A DNA stretch of 64,000 nucleotides from Bacilli bacterium (GCA_050949315.1 JBMNFL010000001.1:928001-992000), one strand, 5' to 3'; shown: positions 19,552 to 31,777, counted from the stretch's first letter. The notes: generated by a model not told the origin, from the letters alone. Numbers and translations are program-made.

Positions 19552-20151
19552 ATGGGGCAGTATTTTGATAATGATCCAAATTTAAAAAGCGAAAAATTTA
19601 ACATAAAATACTATGTTAATAATCAAGAATTGCTTTTTAAAAGCGATAGAGGTGTCTTTTCAAAAAGAACCGTAGATTTCGGTACAAAAACGATGTTGGA
19701 ATACCTGTTAAAACAGCCGCTTTCAGGTCGAGGTGTAGACCTTGGTTGTGGCTTAGGAATAATCGGTATTACGCTGTCTTTATTTAAGGATGTTACTATC
19801 GATATGGTCGACATTAATAAACGCGCGGTTTTGTTAGCGAAAGAAAATGCCAAACAATACAACATTGACAAAAGTTTGATTTTAGAGAGCGATGGTTTAA
19901 AGGCCTTAACTCAAAAAAACTATGACTTTATTTTGACCAATCCGCCGATTCGTGCCGGAAAAGCCACAGTCTATTCCTTTTTCACAGAAGCCTATGAATA
20001 CTTAAAAACTGGCGGTTTTTTACTAGTGGTCATTCAAAAGAAACAAGGAGCCCCAAGTGCCAAAAACAAAATTCTTGAACTTTTTGGCAATTGTCAAATA
20101 GTAGACCGGAAAAAAGGATATCATCTTTTAAAAGCATTTAAAGAAGTTTAA
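19552..20151 (+). CDS. Class I SAM-dependent methyltransferase (YbxB/RsmC-like)
   Basis: GVFSKRTVDFGT, DLGCGLG and NPPIRAGK motifs; conserved position before rpoB. Confidence 0.9.
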   Translation: MGQYFDNDPNLKSEKFNIKYYVNNQELLFKSDRGVFSKRTVDFGTKTMLEYLLKQPLSGRGVDLGCGLGIIGITLSLFKDVTIDMVDINKRAVLLAKENAKQYNIDKSLILESDGLKALTQKNYDFILTNPPIRAGKATVYSFFTEAYEYLKTGGFLLVVIQKKQGAPSAKNKILELFGNCQIVDRKKGYHLLKAFKEV

Positions 20152-20198
20152 AAAAGCCAGACTTTCACATCAATTATTGGAAAAGTGTAAAAAAAGAC

Positions 20199-20227
20199 TT
20201 GCAAAGCAATTGTTAAATTGCTATAAT
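20199..20227 (+). promoter_or_regulatory. Sigma-A promoter of rpoBC
   Basis: TTGCAA-17 nt-TATAAT with extended TG. Confidence 0.7.
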
Positions 20228-20312
20228 GCACAATTGCCTTTATATGCACTTTTTTCATTTAAAAAAAGATTTGCTAAAGCAAAAGAAGTCAAATTCGAAG
20301 GAGTGAAAGCTA

Positions 20313-23300
20313 GTGGTTAAAAAAAATCAGCCTATACCTAGTGAAACAAAGAGAATAGATTTCTCAAAGATTAGCGGCACTTTAGAGTTACCATATTTGG
20401 TGAGAATTCAAACTGATTCTTTCAGAAATTTTGTTGAAGAGGGAATTGTTGAGGTGTTCAACGATATTTATCCCATAGTTGCACCTAGTGGAAACATTGA
20501 ATTAAATTACTTAGACTCGCATTTTGAGGAACCAAAATATTCAATTGAAGAATGTAAAGATCGTGATATGACCTATGCCAAACCCTTAAAGGTTCGCTTA
20601 GGTCTGTTTGATAATTCTGAACACGGAGAGATTAAAGTCAGTGAAGTTTTTATGGGAGATTTTCCCTGGATGACCGATAGTGGCACTTTCATTATCAATG
20701 GTGCTGAAAGAGTCATCGTTTCACAATTAGTTAGATCACCCGGTGTTTATTTTAGCAAAGAAAGAGACAAATCTGGTAAATTCGTTTTTGGTGGCGATAT
20801 TATTCCAGGGCGTGGGACTTGGTTACAATTTGAGACCGACGCTAAAGGTTTAATCAATGTAAGAATTGATCGAAATCGTAAGGTTTCAGCAACTACTTTG
20901 TTAAGAGCTTTGGGGTTGACTGGTGATGTCAAAGATTTGTTTGGTGATTGTGAACAATTAAGACAGACGATTGAAAAAGATAATACGATGAGCGAAATGC
21001 TTGATCGTGAAGATATTATTCGGGCAGCGATGATTGAAATCTACAACCGCTTGCGCCCAGGCGAGCCCGCAACTGAGGAAGGAGCAAGAACTCTCCTTTT
21101 CCAGAAGTTTTTTGATGCTCGTCGCTATGATTTAGCTAAGGCTGGGCGCTTTAAATTCAAAAAGAAACTAGGTCTTTACAACCGTTTACTTGATCGTGTT
21201 TTGGCTGAAGACTTATGTGATGAAAATGGTGAACCTATTTATCGGGCAGGCACCCATATTGGTAAAGAAGAGTTGGCTGATTTAAGAGAGCGAAAAGTCT
21301 TCGAAAAAGGCGCACATAATCTAGAGTTACAGACTAATACAGCAATTGAAGATGGTGATACCAGTTGTCGGACCATTGTTCAAAAAATTCTAGTTTATAG
21401 CGATGAATCTCGTGAAAAAGTTCTTCCAATCATTGGAACTGATTTGACGATTGAAAAACGCTGTTTAACTATAGCAGATATCATCGCGGCTTTTTCCTAT
21501 TACGTCAACATCATTGAGGGTATTGGTGATACAGATGACATTGATCATCTTGGGAATAGACGCGTTAAGACCGTTGGTGAACTATTGCAAAATCAATTTA
21601 GAATTGGCCTTTCTCGGATGGAAAGAAGCGTTAAAGAAAGAATGACAATTGCGGAAAGTGATAAAATTACCGCTCAAAATTTAACCAACATTCGCCCTTT
21701 AACTTCCTCTATTAAGGAGTTTTTCTCTAGTTCTCAATTATCACAATTTATGGATCAGACTAATCCTTTAGCTGAACTTACTAATAAACGTCGGCTTTCG
21801 GCTCTAGGGCCTGGGGGCTTATCGCGTGAGCGCGCAGGGATGGAAGTTCGTGACGTTCACTCCAGTCACTATGGGCGGATTTGTCCAATTGAAACGCCCG
21901 ATGGTCCCAACATTGGTTTAATTAACAATCTTGCGACTTATGCTCGAGTAAATGAATATGGTTTTCTTGAAACCCCCTATCGTAAGGTCGTAAAACAAGA
22001 TGACAAATATGTGGTATTAGAAGAAGAAATAAGATATCTTTCGGCTGACGATGAATATGATAAGTATATCGCTCAAGCCAATGTGCGTTTAGATGCTGAT
22101 CATTCCATTGCTGATGAGGTAGTAGTTGTTCGTCATAAAGGCGAAAACATGATGGCGCCTAGAGAGATCGTTGATTTTGTTGACGTTTCTCCTAAGCAAA
22201 TTGTTTCTGTAGCCGCCGCTTGTATTCCCTTCTTAGAAAACGATGATGCCAAACGTGCCCTTATGGGGGCAAACATGCAGCGGCAAGCCGTTCCTTTACT
22301 GAAGCCTGAAGCGCCTTTTGTTGGTACGGGTATTGAAGCCAAGATAGCCCATGACTCGGGTTTAGCGGTGATCGCCAAAGATGATGGCTTGGTCACTTAT
22401 GTTGATTCAAAGAAAATTATCGTTCAAGAAAGTGGGGGCACACGCGAGTATCGTCTTAGCAAGTTTGCCCGCAGCAATCAAGGCACAGCCATCAACCAGA
22501 CGCCTATTGTTAAAAGAGGCCAGAAAATACGGGCTCGGGAAGTTATTGCTGATGGTCCTGCTATGGAAAATGGCGAACTAGCGCTCGGTCAAAACGTCAC
22601 CATCGCTTTTATGACTTGGGATGGTTATAACTATGAAGATGCGGTCATCATGTCTGAACGCATGGTTAAGGATGATATTTATACTTCCATCCATATTGAA
22701 GAATATGATGTCGAATGTCGTGATACTAAACTGGGACCTGAAGAAATAACTAGGGATATTCCCAATATTTCGGAAGATTCAATGACCCAACTTGATGAAC
22801 GCGGCATTGTTATTCCGGGGGCGGAAGTTAAAGAAGGCGACATTTTAGTCGGTAAGATTACCCCTAAAGGTCAAAGTGAACCGACCCCTGAAGAAAAACT
22901 TTTGATGGCTATCTTTGGTGACAAAACTAAAGATGGCAAAGATAACTCTTTGAGAGTTCCTCATGGCGGGGCGGGAATTATTTTGGATGTTAAGGTTTTC
23001 TCGCGCTCTAAAGGTGATGAGTTACCACCAGGGGTTAACGAAGTTGTTAGAGTTTTCATTGTTCAGAAAAGAAAGATTTCTGAAGGCGATAAAATGGCTG
23101 GTCGTCATGGTAACAAAGGTGTTATCAGTCGGATTTTGCCAGTTGAAGATATGCCATATCTAGCGGATGGTACGCCAATTGACATCATGCTCAATCCTTT
23201 AGGTGTCCCCAGCCGGATGAATATTGGTCAAGTTCTTGAAGTGCACTTGGGTGTTGCTGCCAAAAAACTAGGTCTAAAAGTAGCATCTTCTGTCTTTGAT

Positions 23301-23903
23301 GGTTGCACTAATGAAGAACTACTTGATTTTATGGAAAAAGCCCAACTAGAAAAAGATGGTAAAGTTGTTCTTTATGATGGACGTACAGGGGAACCTTTTG
23401 ATGAAAGGATTACCGTTGGAATCATGTATATGATTAAGCTTGCCCACATGGTTGATGATAAATTGCATGCCCGGGCTGTTGGTCCTTATTCTTTGGTAAC
23501 TCAGCAACCATTAGGAGGTAAGGCGCAAAATGGTGGTCAACGTTTTGGCGAAATGGAAGTTTGGGCCTTGGAAGCCTATGGTGCCGCCCATACATTACAA
23601 GAAATTTTAACGGTCAAATCGGATGATATGATCGGTCGTGGTAAGACCTATGAAGCGATTACTAAGGGAAACATTATTCCAGATCCTGGTATTCCCGAAT
23701 CCTTTAGAGTCTTACAAAAAGAATTACAAGCTTTAGCAATTGATGTGAAGATTTTAGATAAAGACGGTCAAGAAATTGACATGAAAGAAATGGTCAAACA
23801 TCGCGACCGCGAAGAAAGGCGCATCAGCGATTATGCGCGTGAGGTTGTCAGTGATTTCCGCTACGAGAGTAGTGAACAAGTCAATGATGACTTGGTAGAA
23901 TAG
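20313..23903 (+). CDS. rpoB: RNA polymerase beta subunit
   Basis: [21 protein letters not shown] and [17 protein letters not shown] motifs. Confidence 0.99.
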   Translation: MVKKNQPIPSETKRIDFSKISGTLELPYLVRIQTDSFRNFVEEGIVEVFNDIYPIVAPSGNIELNYLDSHFEEPKYSIEECKDRDMTYAKPLKVRLGLFDNSEHGEIKVSEVFMGDFPWMTDSGTFIINGAERVIVSQLVRSPGVYFSKERDKSGKFVFGGDIIPGRGTWLQFETDAKGLINVRIDRNRKVSATTLLRALGLTGDVKDLFGDCEQLRQTIEKDNTMSEMLDREDIIRAAMIEIYNRLRPGEPATEEGARTLLFQKFFDARRYDLAKAGRFKFKKKLGLYNRLLDRVLAEDLCDENGEPIYRAGTHIGKEELADLRERKVFEKGAHNLELQTNTAIEDGDTSCRTIVQKILVYSDESREKVLPIIGTDLTIEKRCLTIADIIAAFSYYVNIIEGIGDTDDIDHLGNRRVKTVGELLQNQFRIGLSRMERSVKERMTIAESDKITAQNLTNIRPLTSSIKEFFSSSQLSQFMDQTNPLAELTNKRRLSALGPGGLSRERAGMEVRDVHSSHYGRICPIETPDGPNIGLINNLATYARVNEYGFLETPYRKVVKQDDKYVVLEEEIRYLSADDEYDKYIAQANVRLDADHSIADEVVVVRHKGENMMAPREIVDFVDVSPKQIVSVAAACIPFLENDDAKRALMGANMQRQAVPLLKPEAPFVGTGIEAKIAHDSGLAVIAKDDGLVTYVDSKKIIVQESGGTREYRLSKFARSNQGTAINQTPIVKRGQKIRAREVIADGPAMENGELALGQNVTIAFMTWDGYNYEDAVIMSERMVKDDIYTSIHIEEYDVECRDTKLGPEEITRDIPNISEDSMTQLDERGIVIPGAEVKEGDILVGKITPKGQSEPTPEEKLLMAIFGDKTKDGKDNSLRVPHGGAGIILDVKVFSRSKGDELPPGVNEVVRVFIVQKRKISEGDKMAGRHGNKGVISRILPVEDMPYLADGTPIDIMLNPLGVPSRMNIGQVLEVHLGVAAKKLGLKVASSVFDGCTNEELLDFMEKAQLEKDGKVVLYDGRTGEPFDERITVGIMYMIKLAHMVDDKLHARAVGPYSLVTQQPLGGKAQNGGQRFGEMEVWALEAYGAAHTLQEILTVKSDDMIGRGKTYEAITKGNIIPDPGIPESFRVLQKELQALAIDVKILDKDGQEIDMKEMVKHRDREERRISDYAREVVSDFRYESSEQVNDDLVE

Positions 23904-23916
23904 GGGGTGTAGGGTA

Positions 23917-26900
23917 ATGTTTGATGTTAATCGTTTCGCCGCCATTCAGGTTGGCTTAGCATCGCCAGAAAAAATCCGTGAGTGGTCCCATGGGGAAGTA
24001 ACTAAACCCGAAACCATCAATTATCGCAGCCAAAAACCCGAAAGAGATGGGTTATTCTGTGAGAGAATTTTTGGACCTAGTCGCGACTATGAATGTTACT
24101 GTGGTAAGTATAAGAAAATGTACTATCGGGGTTTTATTTGTGAAAAGTGTGGTGTGGAAATAACCACCAAGTCTGTAAGACGGGAAAGAATGGGGCATAT
24201 TGATTTAGCGGCACCAGTCGCTCATATTTGGTATTTAAAGGGCATCCCTTCTAGAATGGCTCAAGTCCTCAATGTTTCACCTAAAGATTTAGAGGAGGTC
24301 ATTTACTTTATTTCCCGCATTTGTTTAAATCCTGGAACCACCAAGTACTTATCATACCGCGAGATTTTAGATGAGCGTAAAGCTCGTGAGAGTTTTTGTA
24401 TGATTGTTGAAGAAATTCAAAACACTCTTGCCGAAGACGACCCTGATTATGCTCGTTGCAGCGAGATGATTTTAAAGATGAAAAATCTTAAAGAAACCTT
24501 TGATTTTTATAGTGTTTCCAATTTTATTAATAAATATACTGGGGCAGAATTTGGCGTTGGAGCTGAAGCGGTCCAAAGACTTTTAAGAGAAGTTGATATT
24601 GAAAAAGAATTCCAACAGGCCCAAGAAGAGTATCGAGAAACCCAAGGAACCAAGAATCCCAAAAGAGCGAAATTAATCAAAAGGCTTGAGGTTCTTGATG
24701 CTTTTAGACAGTCAGAAAACAAACCTGAATGGATGGTTCTCGATGTCTTGCCAGTTTTACCACCGGAGTTAAGACCGATGCTACCTTTGGATGGTGGACG
24801 CTTTGCTGCCTCCGATATGAATGATCTCTATCGGCGGGTAATTTCGCGTAATCTTCGTTTGAAGAAACTTTTAGAAATCAAAGCACCATCAGTCATTTTG
24901 ATGAATGAAAAGCGAATGTTACAAGAAGCCGTTGATGCCTTAATTGATAATGGGCGTAGGGCGAAGGCTGTAACTGGACCCAGTGGCCGGCAATTAAAAT
25001 CCTTGTCGCATAGTCTCAAGGGAAAACAAGGACGCTTCCGTCAAAATTTACTCGGCAAACGGGTGGATTATTCAGGACGTTCTGTCATCGTCGTTGGTCC
25101 AGATCTTAAGATGGATCAATGCGGGATTCCTCGTGAGATGGCGATTCAACTATTTAAACCTTTTATCGTCTGTAAGATGATTAAGCAGGGTTTAGCTTTG
25201 AGTAGTAAGAATGCTGATAGATTGATTGAAAGATATGATGACCGCATCTGGGGTGTTTTAGATGAGGTTATCATTGATCATCCCGTTTTACTAAACCGGG
25301 CACCAACTCTACACCGCTTAGGTATTCAAGCTTTTGAACCCAAACTAGTGGATGGTCGAGCCATTCGTTTACACCCCTTAGTCTGTGCGGCTTTCAACGC
25401 TGACTTTGATGGTGACCAGATGGCCGTCCACGTTCCCTTAAGCAACGAGGCGATTTGGGAAGCGCGTAATTTAATGCTTGGTGCTAACAATATTTTGGGT
25501 CCTAAGGATGGTAAGCCCATCGTTACCCCTTCGCAAGATATGGTTTTAGGTAACTATTACCTTACTAGTGAAGAAACCGCTGAGGGTTTTCAAAAGCAGG
25601 CGGAACAAGCGCGCAAATGGCATAATGTTAAGAAAGCCGAGAGATATGAACTTTATGCCCAATGTGAAGGCAAGGTTTTTGGTTCCCCAGAAGAAGCAAT
25701 AATGGCCTGTCAAACTAAACAAATTCATATTCAAAACCGCATTGCTATCCGTGCAAGCGCGATGCATAAAACAACTTTTAGTGAAGAGCAGAAAAAATGT
25801 TATCTTGTCACTACGGTTGGCAAGTTGATTTTTAATCAAATTTTCCCTGAAGATTTCCCTTACATCAATTGTACCGATACTGCTAATATCCAGGCGACTC
25901 CTGATTATTTCTTCCTAAGACCGGGAGAAAACATCAAGGATTGTATTGCTAAAATGCCGCTTAATAGTCCTTTCAAGAAAAAGGAACTTGGCAAGGTTAT
26001 CAATGCTTTCTTTGGTCGTTATGGAACGCAGGCAACTTCTAAGATGTTAGATATGCTTAAAGATCAAGGCTTCAAATATGCCACTTTTGCAGCAGTCACG
26101 GTTTCTTTGTCGGATATTGTTGTCATGGAAAAGAAGGAAATCTTTGATGCGGCAGAAAAAGAAATCGCTGAATACACCGAATATTACAATGATGGTTTAT
26201 TGACCGATGATGAACGCCATAATCAGGTAATTAAAATTTGGTCTCGGGTTAAAGATAATCTTACAGAAGAACTTTACGATAAGTTTGCTGAAAATAAACG
26301 CAACCCCATCTTCATGATGGCTGATTCGGGAGCGCGTGGTGACAAATCCAACTTCGCTCAATTAGCAGGTATGCGTGGCCTTATGAACAACCCGACAGGA
26401 GAAATTATTGAATTACCAATCAAATCTTCTTTCCGGGAAGGTCTTAATGTTTCAGAATACTTTATTTCAACTCACGGTGCCCGTAAGGGTGGAGCGGATA
26501 CCGCTCTTAAAACCGCGGAGTCTGGTTACTTAACTAGGCGTTTAGTCGACGTCGCTCATGATGTCATTGTCCGCGAAGAGGATTGTCATACTGATCATGG
26601 AACAATGGTTTCTAAGATTGTTGATTCCTTTGATGGTTCCATTATTGAAGAATTCCGCGATCGTTTGATTGGCCGTTATGCCATGCATGATATTATCAGT
26701 CCCAAAACCAAAGAAGTGTTGGTGGCGGCGAATGAGATGATTAACGAAGCTGAAGCCGATGCCATTATTGATTCAGGCTTAGAAAGCGTGGAGATTAGGA
26801 CGCTCTTTTCCTGCAAAACTAAAGAAGGCGTTTGTAAGATGTGTTATGGTCGCAATTTGGCGACCGGTCGTCCCGTTGAAATTGGTGAAGCGGTTGGCGT

Positions 26901-27777
26901 TATGGCGGCCCAGTCCATCGGTGAACCAGGAACTCAATTAACCTTAAGAACTTTCCACACCGGTGGTGTGGCGGGTGGTAGTGATATCACACGTGGTCTA
27001 CCAAGAGTTCAAGAACTTTTTGAAGCAAGAAATCCCAAAGGCGAAGCTTTAATCACCGAAATTAGTGGTGAAGTTGCTTCAATTGAGGAAAAAGAGCCAG
27101 GTCGCTCCGAAGTGACAATTAAGAATGATTTTGAGGAAAAGAAATATTTGACACCTTTTAATGCTAAACTGAAGGTCGCTCAAAAAGATAAGGTTCAAAG
27201 TGGTCAAATGTTGACCGAAGGAGCAATCAATCCCAAACAGTTACTGGATGTTACTGATGTTACGACCGTTGAGAATTACCTTCTCAAAGAAGTTCAAAAA
27301 GTTTATCGTCCTGTTCAGGGTATTGAAATTGCCGATAAGCATATTGAAGTTATTATTCGTCAGATGTTTAGAAAAGTTTCCATCATCGATGGAGGCGATA
27401 CCAATCTTTTGCCAGGACGTAGAGTTAGCTTAAGGAAATTTACGGAAGCGAATAGAAAGATTTTACTAGAAGGTAAAAGACCAGCAGTGGCTCGTCCCAT
27501 CATTCTTGGCATTACCAAGGCCTCATTAGAAACAGATTCCTTCCTTTCAGCGGCTTCTTTCCAAGAAACCACCAGAGTCTTAGCTGATGCTACCACGAAA
27601 GGTAAAACTGATTATCTGCATGGTCTTAAGGAAAACGTTATTATTGGTAAGTTAATTCCGGCTGGCACTGGCTTATGTCGCAACCGGCGTTTTGCCACTG
27701 AAGGCTTTGATGAAGACGGGAATCCTATCCCTGTTGTCAAAGAAAAAGTTGAGGACGAAGAAATAGAAACTGAATAG
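23917..27777 (+). CDS. rpoC: RNA polymerase beta' subunit
   Basis: [12 protein letters not shown] catalytic motif, N-terminal zinc ribbon, trigger loop. Confidence 0.99.
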   Translation: MFDVNRFAAIQVGLASPEKIREWSHGEVTKPETINYRSQKPERDGLFCERIFGPSRDYECYCGKYKKMYYRGFICEKCGVEITTKSVRRERMGHIDLAAPVAHIWYLKGIPSRMAQVLNVSPKDLEEVIYFISRICLNPGTTKYLSYREILDERKARESFCMIVEEIQNTLAEDDPDYARCSEMILKMKNLKETFDFYSVSNFINKYTGAEFGVGAEAVQRLLREVDIEKEFQQAQEEYRETQGTKNPKRAKLIKRLEVLDAFRQSENKPEWMVLDVLPVLPPELRPMLPLDGGRFAASDMNDLYRRVISRNLRLKKLLEIKAPSVILMNEKRMLQEAVDALIDNGRRAKAVTGPSGRQLKSLSHSLKGKQGRFRQNLLGKRVDYSGRSVIVVGPDLKMDQCGIPREMAIQLFKPFIVCKMIKQGLALSSKNADRLIERYDDRIWGVLDEVIIDHPVLLNRAPTLHRLGIQAFEPKLVDGRAIRLHPLVCAAFNADFDGDQMAVHVPLSNEAIWEARNLMLGANNILGPKDGKPIVTPSQDMVLGNYYLTSEETAEGFQKQAEQARKWHNVKKAERYELYAQCEGKVFGSPEEAIMACQTKQIHIQNRIAIRASAMHKTTFSEEQKKCYLVTTVGKLIFNQIFPEDFPYINCTDTANIQATPDYFFLRPGENIKDCIAKMPLNSPFKKKELGKVINAFFGRYGTQATSKMLDMLKDQGFKYATFAAVTVSLSDIVVMEKKEIFDAAEKEIAEYTEYYNDGLLTDDERHNQVIKIWSRVKDNLTEELYDKFAENKRNPIFMMADSGARGDKSNFAQLAGMRGLMNNPTGEIIELPIKSSFREGLNVSEYFISTHGARKGGADTALKTAESGYLTRRLVDVAHDVIVREEDCHTDHGTMVSKIVDSFDGSIIEEFRDRLIGRYAMHDIISPKTKEVLVAANEMINEAEADAIIDSGLESVEIRTLFSCKTKEGVCKMCYGRNLATGRPVEIGEAVGVMAAQSIGEPGTQLTLRTFHTGGVAGGSDITRGLPRVQELFEARNPKGEALITEISGEVASIEEKEPGRSEVTIKNDFEEKKYLTPFNAKLKVAQKDKVQSGQMLTEGAINPKQLLDVTDVTTVENYLLKEVQKVYRPVQGIEIADKHIEVIIRQMFRKVSIIDGGDTNLLPGRRVSLRKFTEANRKILLEGKRPAVARPIILGITKASLETDSFLSAASFQETTRVLADATTKGKTDYLHGLKENVIIGKLIPAGTGLCRNRRFATEGFDEDGNPIPVVKEKVEDEEIETE

Positions 27778-27780
27778 TTA

Positions 27781-27810
27781 ATAGGGCTCACAAAAAGTGA
27801 ACCCTTTATC
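27781..27810 (+). terminator. Putative terminator after rpoC
   Basis: AGGGCTCAC/GTGAACCCT imperfect hairpin followed by TTTAT. Confidence 0.45.
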
Positions 27811-27878
27811 TTGAAATATCCTTTGATTATGGCATAAAATAAAATAAAGCATTACTATAAAAGGGGAGAAAATCAAAG

Positions 27879-29060
27879 ATGCCCAAAAAACTCAGAGTCT
27901 TAGAAGGCATGGATGTCTATTTACCAGACACTGATGGGGTAATCAACGCCTTACATAATTATAGTTTGAACCTCTATAAAAGAGTTGATTTAACTGTCAT
28001 GGCCCCTAAGCATCGCGGTCATATTGATAATCAAGCGTACAGAATTATTCGCTGTCGTTCTTTGCGTGTGCCTATTATCGATAATTATTATGGTTTACCA
28101 AGTAGAGATAGCAAGTTTAAACAAAGGCTTTTGCGAGAAGATTACGATATCATTCATATTCATTCACCTTTTGCCATGTTGCGTTTTGGACTTAAACTTG
28201 CTAGGAAAAAGGGCATTCCTATCGTCGCTACTTTTCATAGTGATATGCGCACAATTTTTAAAAGCATGTTCTTCTTTAATTGGATTGTTAATGCTTTGGT
28301 CAATAGGATAGGCAAACTTTATAATCAAGTAGATGAAGTCTTCTGTATTTCCTCTTTAGTTGAAGAGCAATTGCGCTCTTATGGCTATACAGGCAAGGTT
28401 ACTTATTTACCTTATGGTACTGATTTTGCGCGTTCAAATAAAGTAGAAGAACTTTGGGAAGAAGGCAATCAAAAATTCGATCTTGAGAATGAAGAAACGC
28501 TCTTTATTTTTGTTGGTAGAATCATGAAATTAAAAAGGATTGATTTCATCCTTGAAAGTTTAAAAATTGTCAAGGAAAATGGCTACAAATTTAAATTCAA
28601 AATTGTAGGAAAAGGCCCTGAAACTCGTATTTTAAAAAGAAAAGTTAAAGAGTTAAAATTAGAGAATGAAGTTTGCTTCCTTGGTTTCATTCCGCGTGAA
28701 GATTTTCCAGCCCTTTATGCACGCGGCGATCTACTTTTATTTCCCTCTTTATATGACAATTTCGGTCTTGTTAAAGTGGAAGCTGCCGCCTTTGCTACCG
28801 CGGGTTTATTTATTGAAAATTCCTGTGCTGGCGATGGGATAATTGATGGAGTTAATGGCTACTTAGCCGCTAACAATCCTGAGGCTTTTGCTAGTAAAAT
28901 TATAGAAGCAATTAAGGATAAAGAAAAACTTCGACAGGTGGGTTTAAAAGCCTGGGAAGATGTTTATATTTCTTGGGATGAATGTTCGCAACAATTATTA
29001 AAGCGACTTGAGGCCATTGTTTTAGATAAGAAAGCTCAAAAGGAAAAGGTGTCCGCGTGA
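27879..29060 (+). CDS. GT4 glycosyltransferase (diacylglycerol glucosyltransferase/MGS-like)
   Basis: DVYLPDTDGV, DIIHIHSPF, FVGRIMKLK and PSLYDNFGLVKVEAAA motifs. Confidence 0.85.
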   Translation: MPKKLRVLEGMDVYLPDTDGVINALHNYSLNLYKRVDLTVMAPKHRGHIDNQAYRIIRCRSLRVPIIDNYYGLPSRDSKFKQRLLREDYDIIHIHSPFAMLRFGLKLARKKGIPIVATFHSDMRTIFKSMFFFNWIVNALVNRIGKLYNQVDEVFCISSLVEEQLRSYGYTGKVTYLPYGTDFARSNKVEELWEEGNQKFDLENEETLFIFVGRIMKLKRIDFILESLKIVKENGYKFKFKIVGKGPETRILKRKVKELKLENEVCFLGFIPREDFPALYARGDLLLFPSLYDNFGLVKVEAAAFATAGLFIENSCAGDGIIDGVNGYLAANNPEAFASKIIEAIKDKEKLRQVGLKAWEDVYISWDECSQQLLKRLEAIVLDKKAQKEKVSA

Positions 29061-29068
29061 CACCTTTC

Positions 29069-29299
29069 TTATTTAACAACTTCGACTCCGCAAACGCCAG
29101 GGACTTCATCCATGAGAATCATTTCGATGCCGCCATAGACGGTACTATCTTGTAGGGGGCAATCAACACAGGCACCTTTCATTCGAATTTTAACGATGCC
29201 ATCCTGATAACTGACAAATTCACAATCGCCACCTTCCCTTTGGATAAAGGGCCGGATTTTATCTAAAACTTCCTTAATTTGTTCTTCAATATTTTCCAT
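29069..29299 (-). CDS. NifU/Nfu-type Fe-S carrier domain protein
   Basis: IRPFIQREGGD and GACVDCP motifs. Confidence 0.92.
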   Translation of the reverse strand: MENIEEQIKEVLDKIRPFIQREGGDCEFVSYQDGIVKIRMKGACVDCPLQDSTVYGGIEMILMDEVPGVCGVEVVK

Positions 29300-29390
29300 A
29301 ATACACCTCTATTAGTTTGTGTAGTCAGTATAGCATCTTGCACTAATTTCGTAAAGAAATTATAATCAAGAAAACACGATGGGGGATTCA

Positions 29391-31028
29391 ATGGCCAGAA
29401 TTTATCGAACAGGAGAAATCATTTACGGGATAGTTACCGGTTTTCAGCCTTATGGGGCTTTTGTCGAATTAAAGGATGGTGGCACGGGTTTAGTACACAT
29501 CTCTGAGATCTCGGCGGACTATGTTCGTAATATTGAGGATTATCTTAAATTAGGCGAGGAGACACTTTTTTATGTCATTGATTATGATGAAGAACGCGCC
29601 CACGCCCGTTTAAGCTTAAAGCGTTTAAGAAAAGAGGGAAGAAATAAAAGAAAGGCCGCCTTGTTTAAACGCAATAAGAAAGAACTAGATAAAAACAAGG
29701 ATCTTTTCCCCTTTATTTCCGAAATAGTAGATGAAATTTTAAAGAAAGAACAGGCTCAAAAAATGTTAAGTATTGATAAAAATTATTGTTTAAGAGATTT
29801 CGATTATCAAAATTATCAAAGTGAAATTGATAGGGTCGATGAATTAATTCGTAAGCGAACAGGACTTGGTGGGGATTTTTTAGGTTTCTTAGATTATGCC
29901 CATACTTTTGATGATAAAGAACTTTTAAGAATCCTGCGTTTAGCAGAAGAAATTCGTGGCAAATACGACACCTTTGTTGTCTGTGGTATCGGGGGTTCTT
30001 ATCTAGGGGCAAAAGCAGGCATTGAAATGCTTAAAACACCTAATTTTACTAATGATATAGAACTATTATTTTTAGGCAACACCTTTTCTTCTGACTATAC
30101 GAAAAACCTTTTAGAATATTTAGAGAGCCGTGATTTTGCTATCAATGTTATCTCTAAGAGTGGCTCAACCTTAGAAACCGCCATCGGCTTTCGTTTCCTA
30201 AGGGAGTTGCTAATCAAAAAATATGGCAAAGAAGAGAGTAGAAGACGCATTTTTATCACTACTGATAGTGAAAAAGGCGAGTTGCGAACTTTAAGCAACA
30301 GGGAAGGTTACACTTCTTTTGTAATACCCGATAATATTCAAGGTCGTTACTCGGTTTTCACTCCCGTCGGTCTTTTTCCTTTAGCAATAGCAGGTGTAGA
30401 TATCGCTAGTTTGTTACAGGGAGTAAGAAAAGCGATGCTTGATCTTGAAAGTAAAAGTGTCCAAGAAAATGCTGCTTATCAGTACGCTCTTTTAAGAAGA
30501 GAGTTAGCAAAAGAAAAAACGGTTGAACTTTTCGTCAGTTATGAACCCACTTTACTTTATTTTGCTGAATGGTGGAAACAACTATTTGGAGAGTCAGAAG
30601 GTAAAGAAGGAAAGGGTCTTTTCCCAGCCAGTGCTATCTATTCAACTGACTTACATTCTCTAGGACAATTTGTTCAAGATGGTAAAAAAACATTATTTGA
30701 AACCATGCTTTTATTTGATGAAAGCGCAGAGTTAGCTATTCCCGAACTGTCTGATGGTCAAAGTGTATTAGATAGACTTGAAGGAAGGGACTTAAGTTTT
30801 CTTAATAAAATTGTCAGCAAGGCGACTATTAAGGCCCATAATTTAGGGGGAGTTCCTATTATTTTACTGCGTTATCCCAAACGTGATGCCTTCGGCTTTG
30901 GTTACCTTTGTTATTTCTTTATGTTTAGTATTGTAGCTTCCGCTTATCTAATTGGGGTCAATCCCTGTGATCAGGAAGCGGTTGAGGTCTATAAAAAAGA
31001 AATAAAGAAGTTATTAAGTGAAGATTAA
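29391..31028 (+). CDS. pgi: S1 RNA-binding domain (YugI/GSP13/CvfD-like) fused to glucose-6-phosphate isomerase
   Basis: N-terminal GIVTGFQPYGAFV...GLVHISEIS; from Met at 29763, GIGGSYLG, SKSG, WWKQLFGESEGK and TDLHSLGQ; no stop codon between the two parts. Confidence 0.88.
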   Translation: MARIYRTGEIIYGIVTGFQPYGAFVELKDGGTGLVHISEISADYVRNIEDYLKLGEETLFYVIDYDEERAHARLSLKRLRKEGRNKRKAALFKRNKKELDKNKDLFPFISEIVDEILKKEQAQKMLSIDKNYCLRDFDYQNYQSEIDRVDELIRKRTGLGGDFLGFLDYAHTFDDKELLRILRLAEEIRGKYDTFVVCGIGGSYLGAKAGIEMLKTPNFTNDIELLFLGNTFSSDYTKNLLEYLESRDFAINVISKSGSTLETAIGFRFLRELLIKKYGKEESRRRIFITTDSEKGELRTLSNREGYTSFVIPDNIQGRYSVFTPVGLFPLAIAGVDIASLLQGVRKAMLDLESKSVQENAAYQYALLRRELAKEKTVELFVSYEPTLLYFAEWWKQLFGESEGKEGKGLFPASAIYSTDLHSLGQFVQDGKKTLFETMLLFDESAELAIPELSDGQSVLDRLEGRDLSFLNKIVSKATIKAHNLGGVPIILLRYPKRDAFGFGYLCYFFMFSIVASAYLIGVNPCDQEAVEVYKKEIKKLLSED

Positions 31029-31051
31029 AATAAAAAAAATTCCTGACTGAT

Positions 31052-31777
31052 TTAGGAATTTTTTATTTTGTCTTGAAGTTTTTTATAAGTTTTTTCATCA
31101 AACCACGAAGCTTTTAAAGGACAGATTGAGATATAACCATTGGCAAAAGCATAGACATCACTATCTTCGGGGGCATCTTTAAAATCTTCATGGCGATCGG
31201 TATAGTATTTACCATCTTTTTCCCAATAATAGAAACCATCGGCTTTTCTAAATTCTTTACAAAGCCTTAAGCCCTTAGATTTATTGAATTTTTTCAAGGG
31301 GAAATTAATATTTAGACACCAAGAAGTACTTAAAAGTTGATGTTTAAAAACATACTCTATTACGGTTTTAACTTCTTTTTTAACGATATCAAAATGCTCA
31401 TAATCGGTAGAGATAGCCATACTTGGCAGAGAGTGATTTAAACCTTCAATGGCGGCGGCGACCGTACCAGAATAAAGACTATCATAAGAAATATTAGGAC
31501 CATTATTACAACCACTGACTAGCAAGTCAAATTTCACATCAAAGATTTGGGTTGCTAATAAGATGACATCAACTGGTGTCCCATCAATAGAGTAAGTATA
31601 ATCATCGTGTTTAGTTACTGTAAAGCCCCGATTTAAAGAAAAATGGGTACCAACACCACTTTGTTGCGAAAAGGGGGCAATTAAATAGACAGTGCCAAAA
31701 TCCTTGAGTATTTCCTGTAAAATTTTAATTCCTGTGGCGTTATAACCATCATCATTTGTTAATAAGATATTCATCAT
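31052..31777 (-). CDS. surE: 5'/3'-nucleotidase SurE
   Basis: ILLTNDDG, GTPVD, SGCNNGPN and YSGTVAAA motifs. Confidence 0.95.
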   Translation of the reverse strand: MMNILLTNDDGYNATGIKILQEILKDFGTVYLIAPFSQQSGVGTHFSLNRGFTVTKHDDYTYSIDGTPVDVILLATQIFDVKFDLLVSGCNNGPNISYDSLYSGTVAAAIEGLNHSLPSMAISTDYEHFDIVKKEVKTVIEYVFKHQLLSTSWCLNINFPLKKFNKSKGLRLCKEFRKADGFYYWEKDGKYYTDRHEDFKDAPEDSDVYAFANGYISICPLKASWFDEKTYKKLQDKIKNS

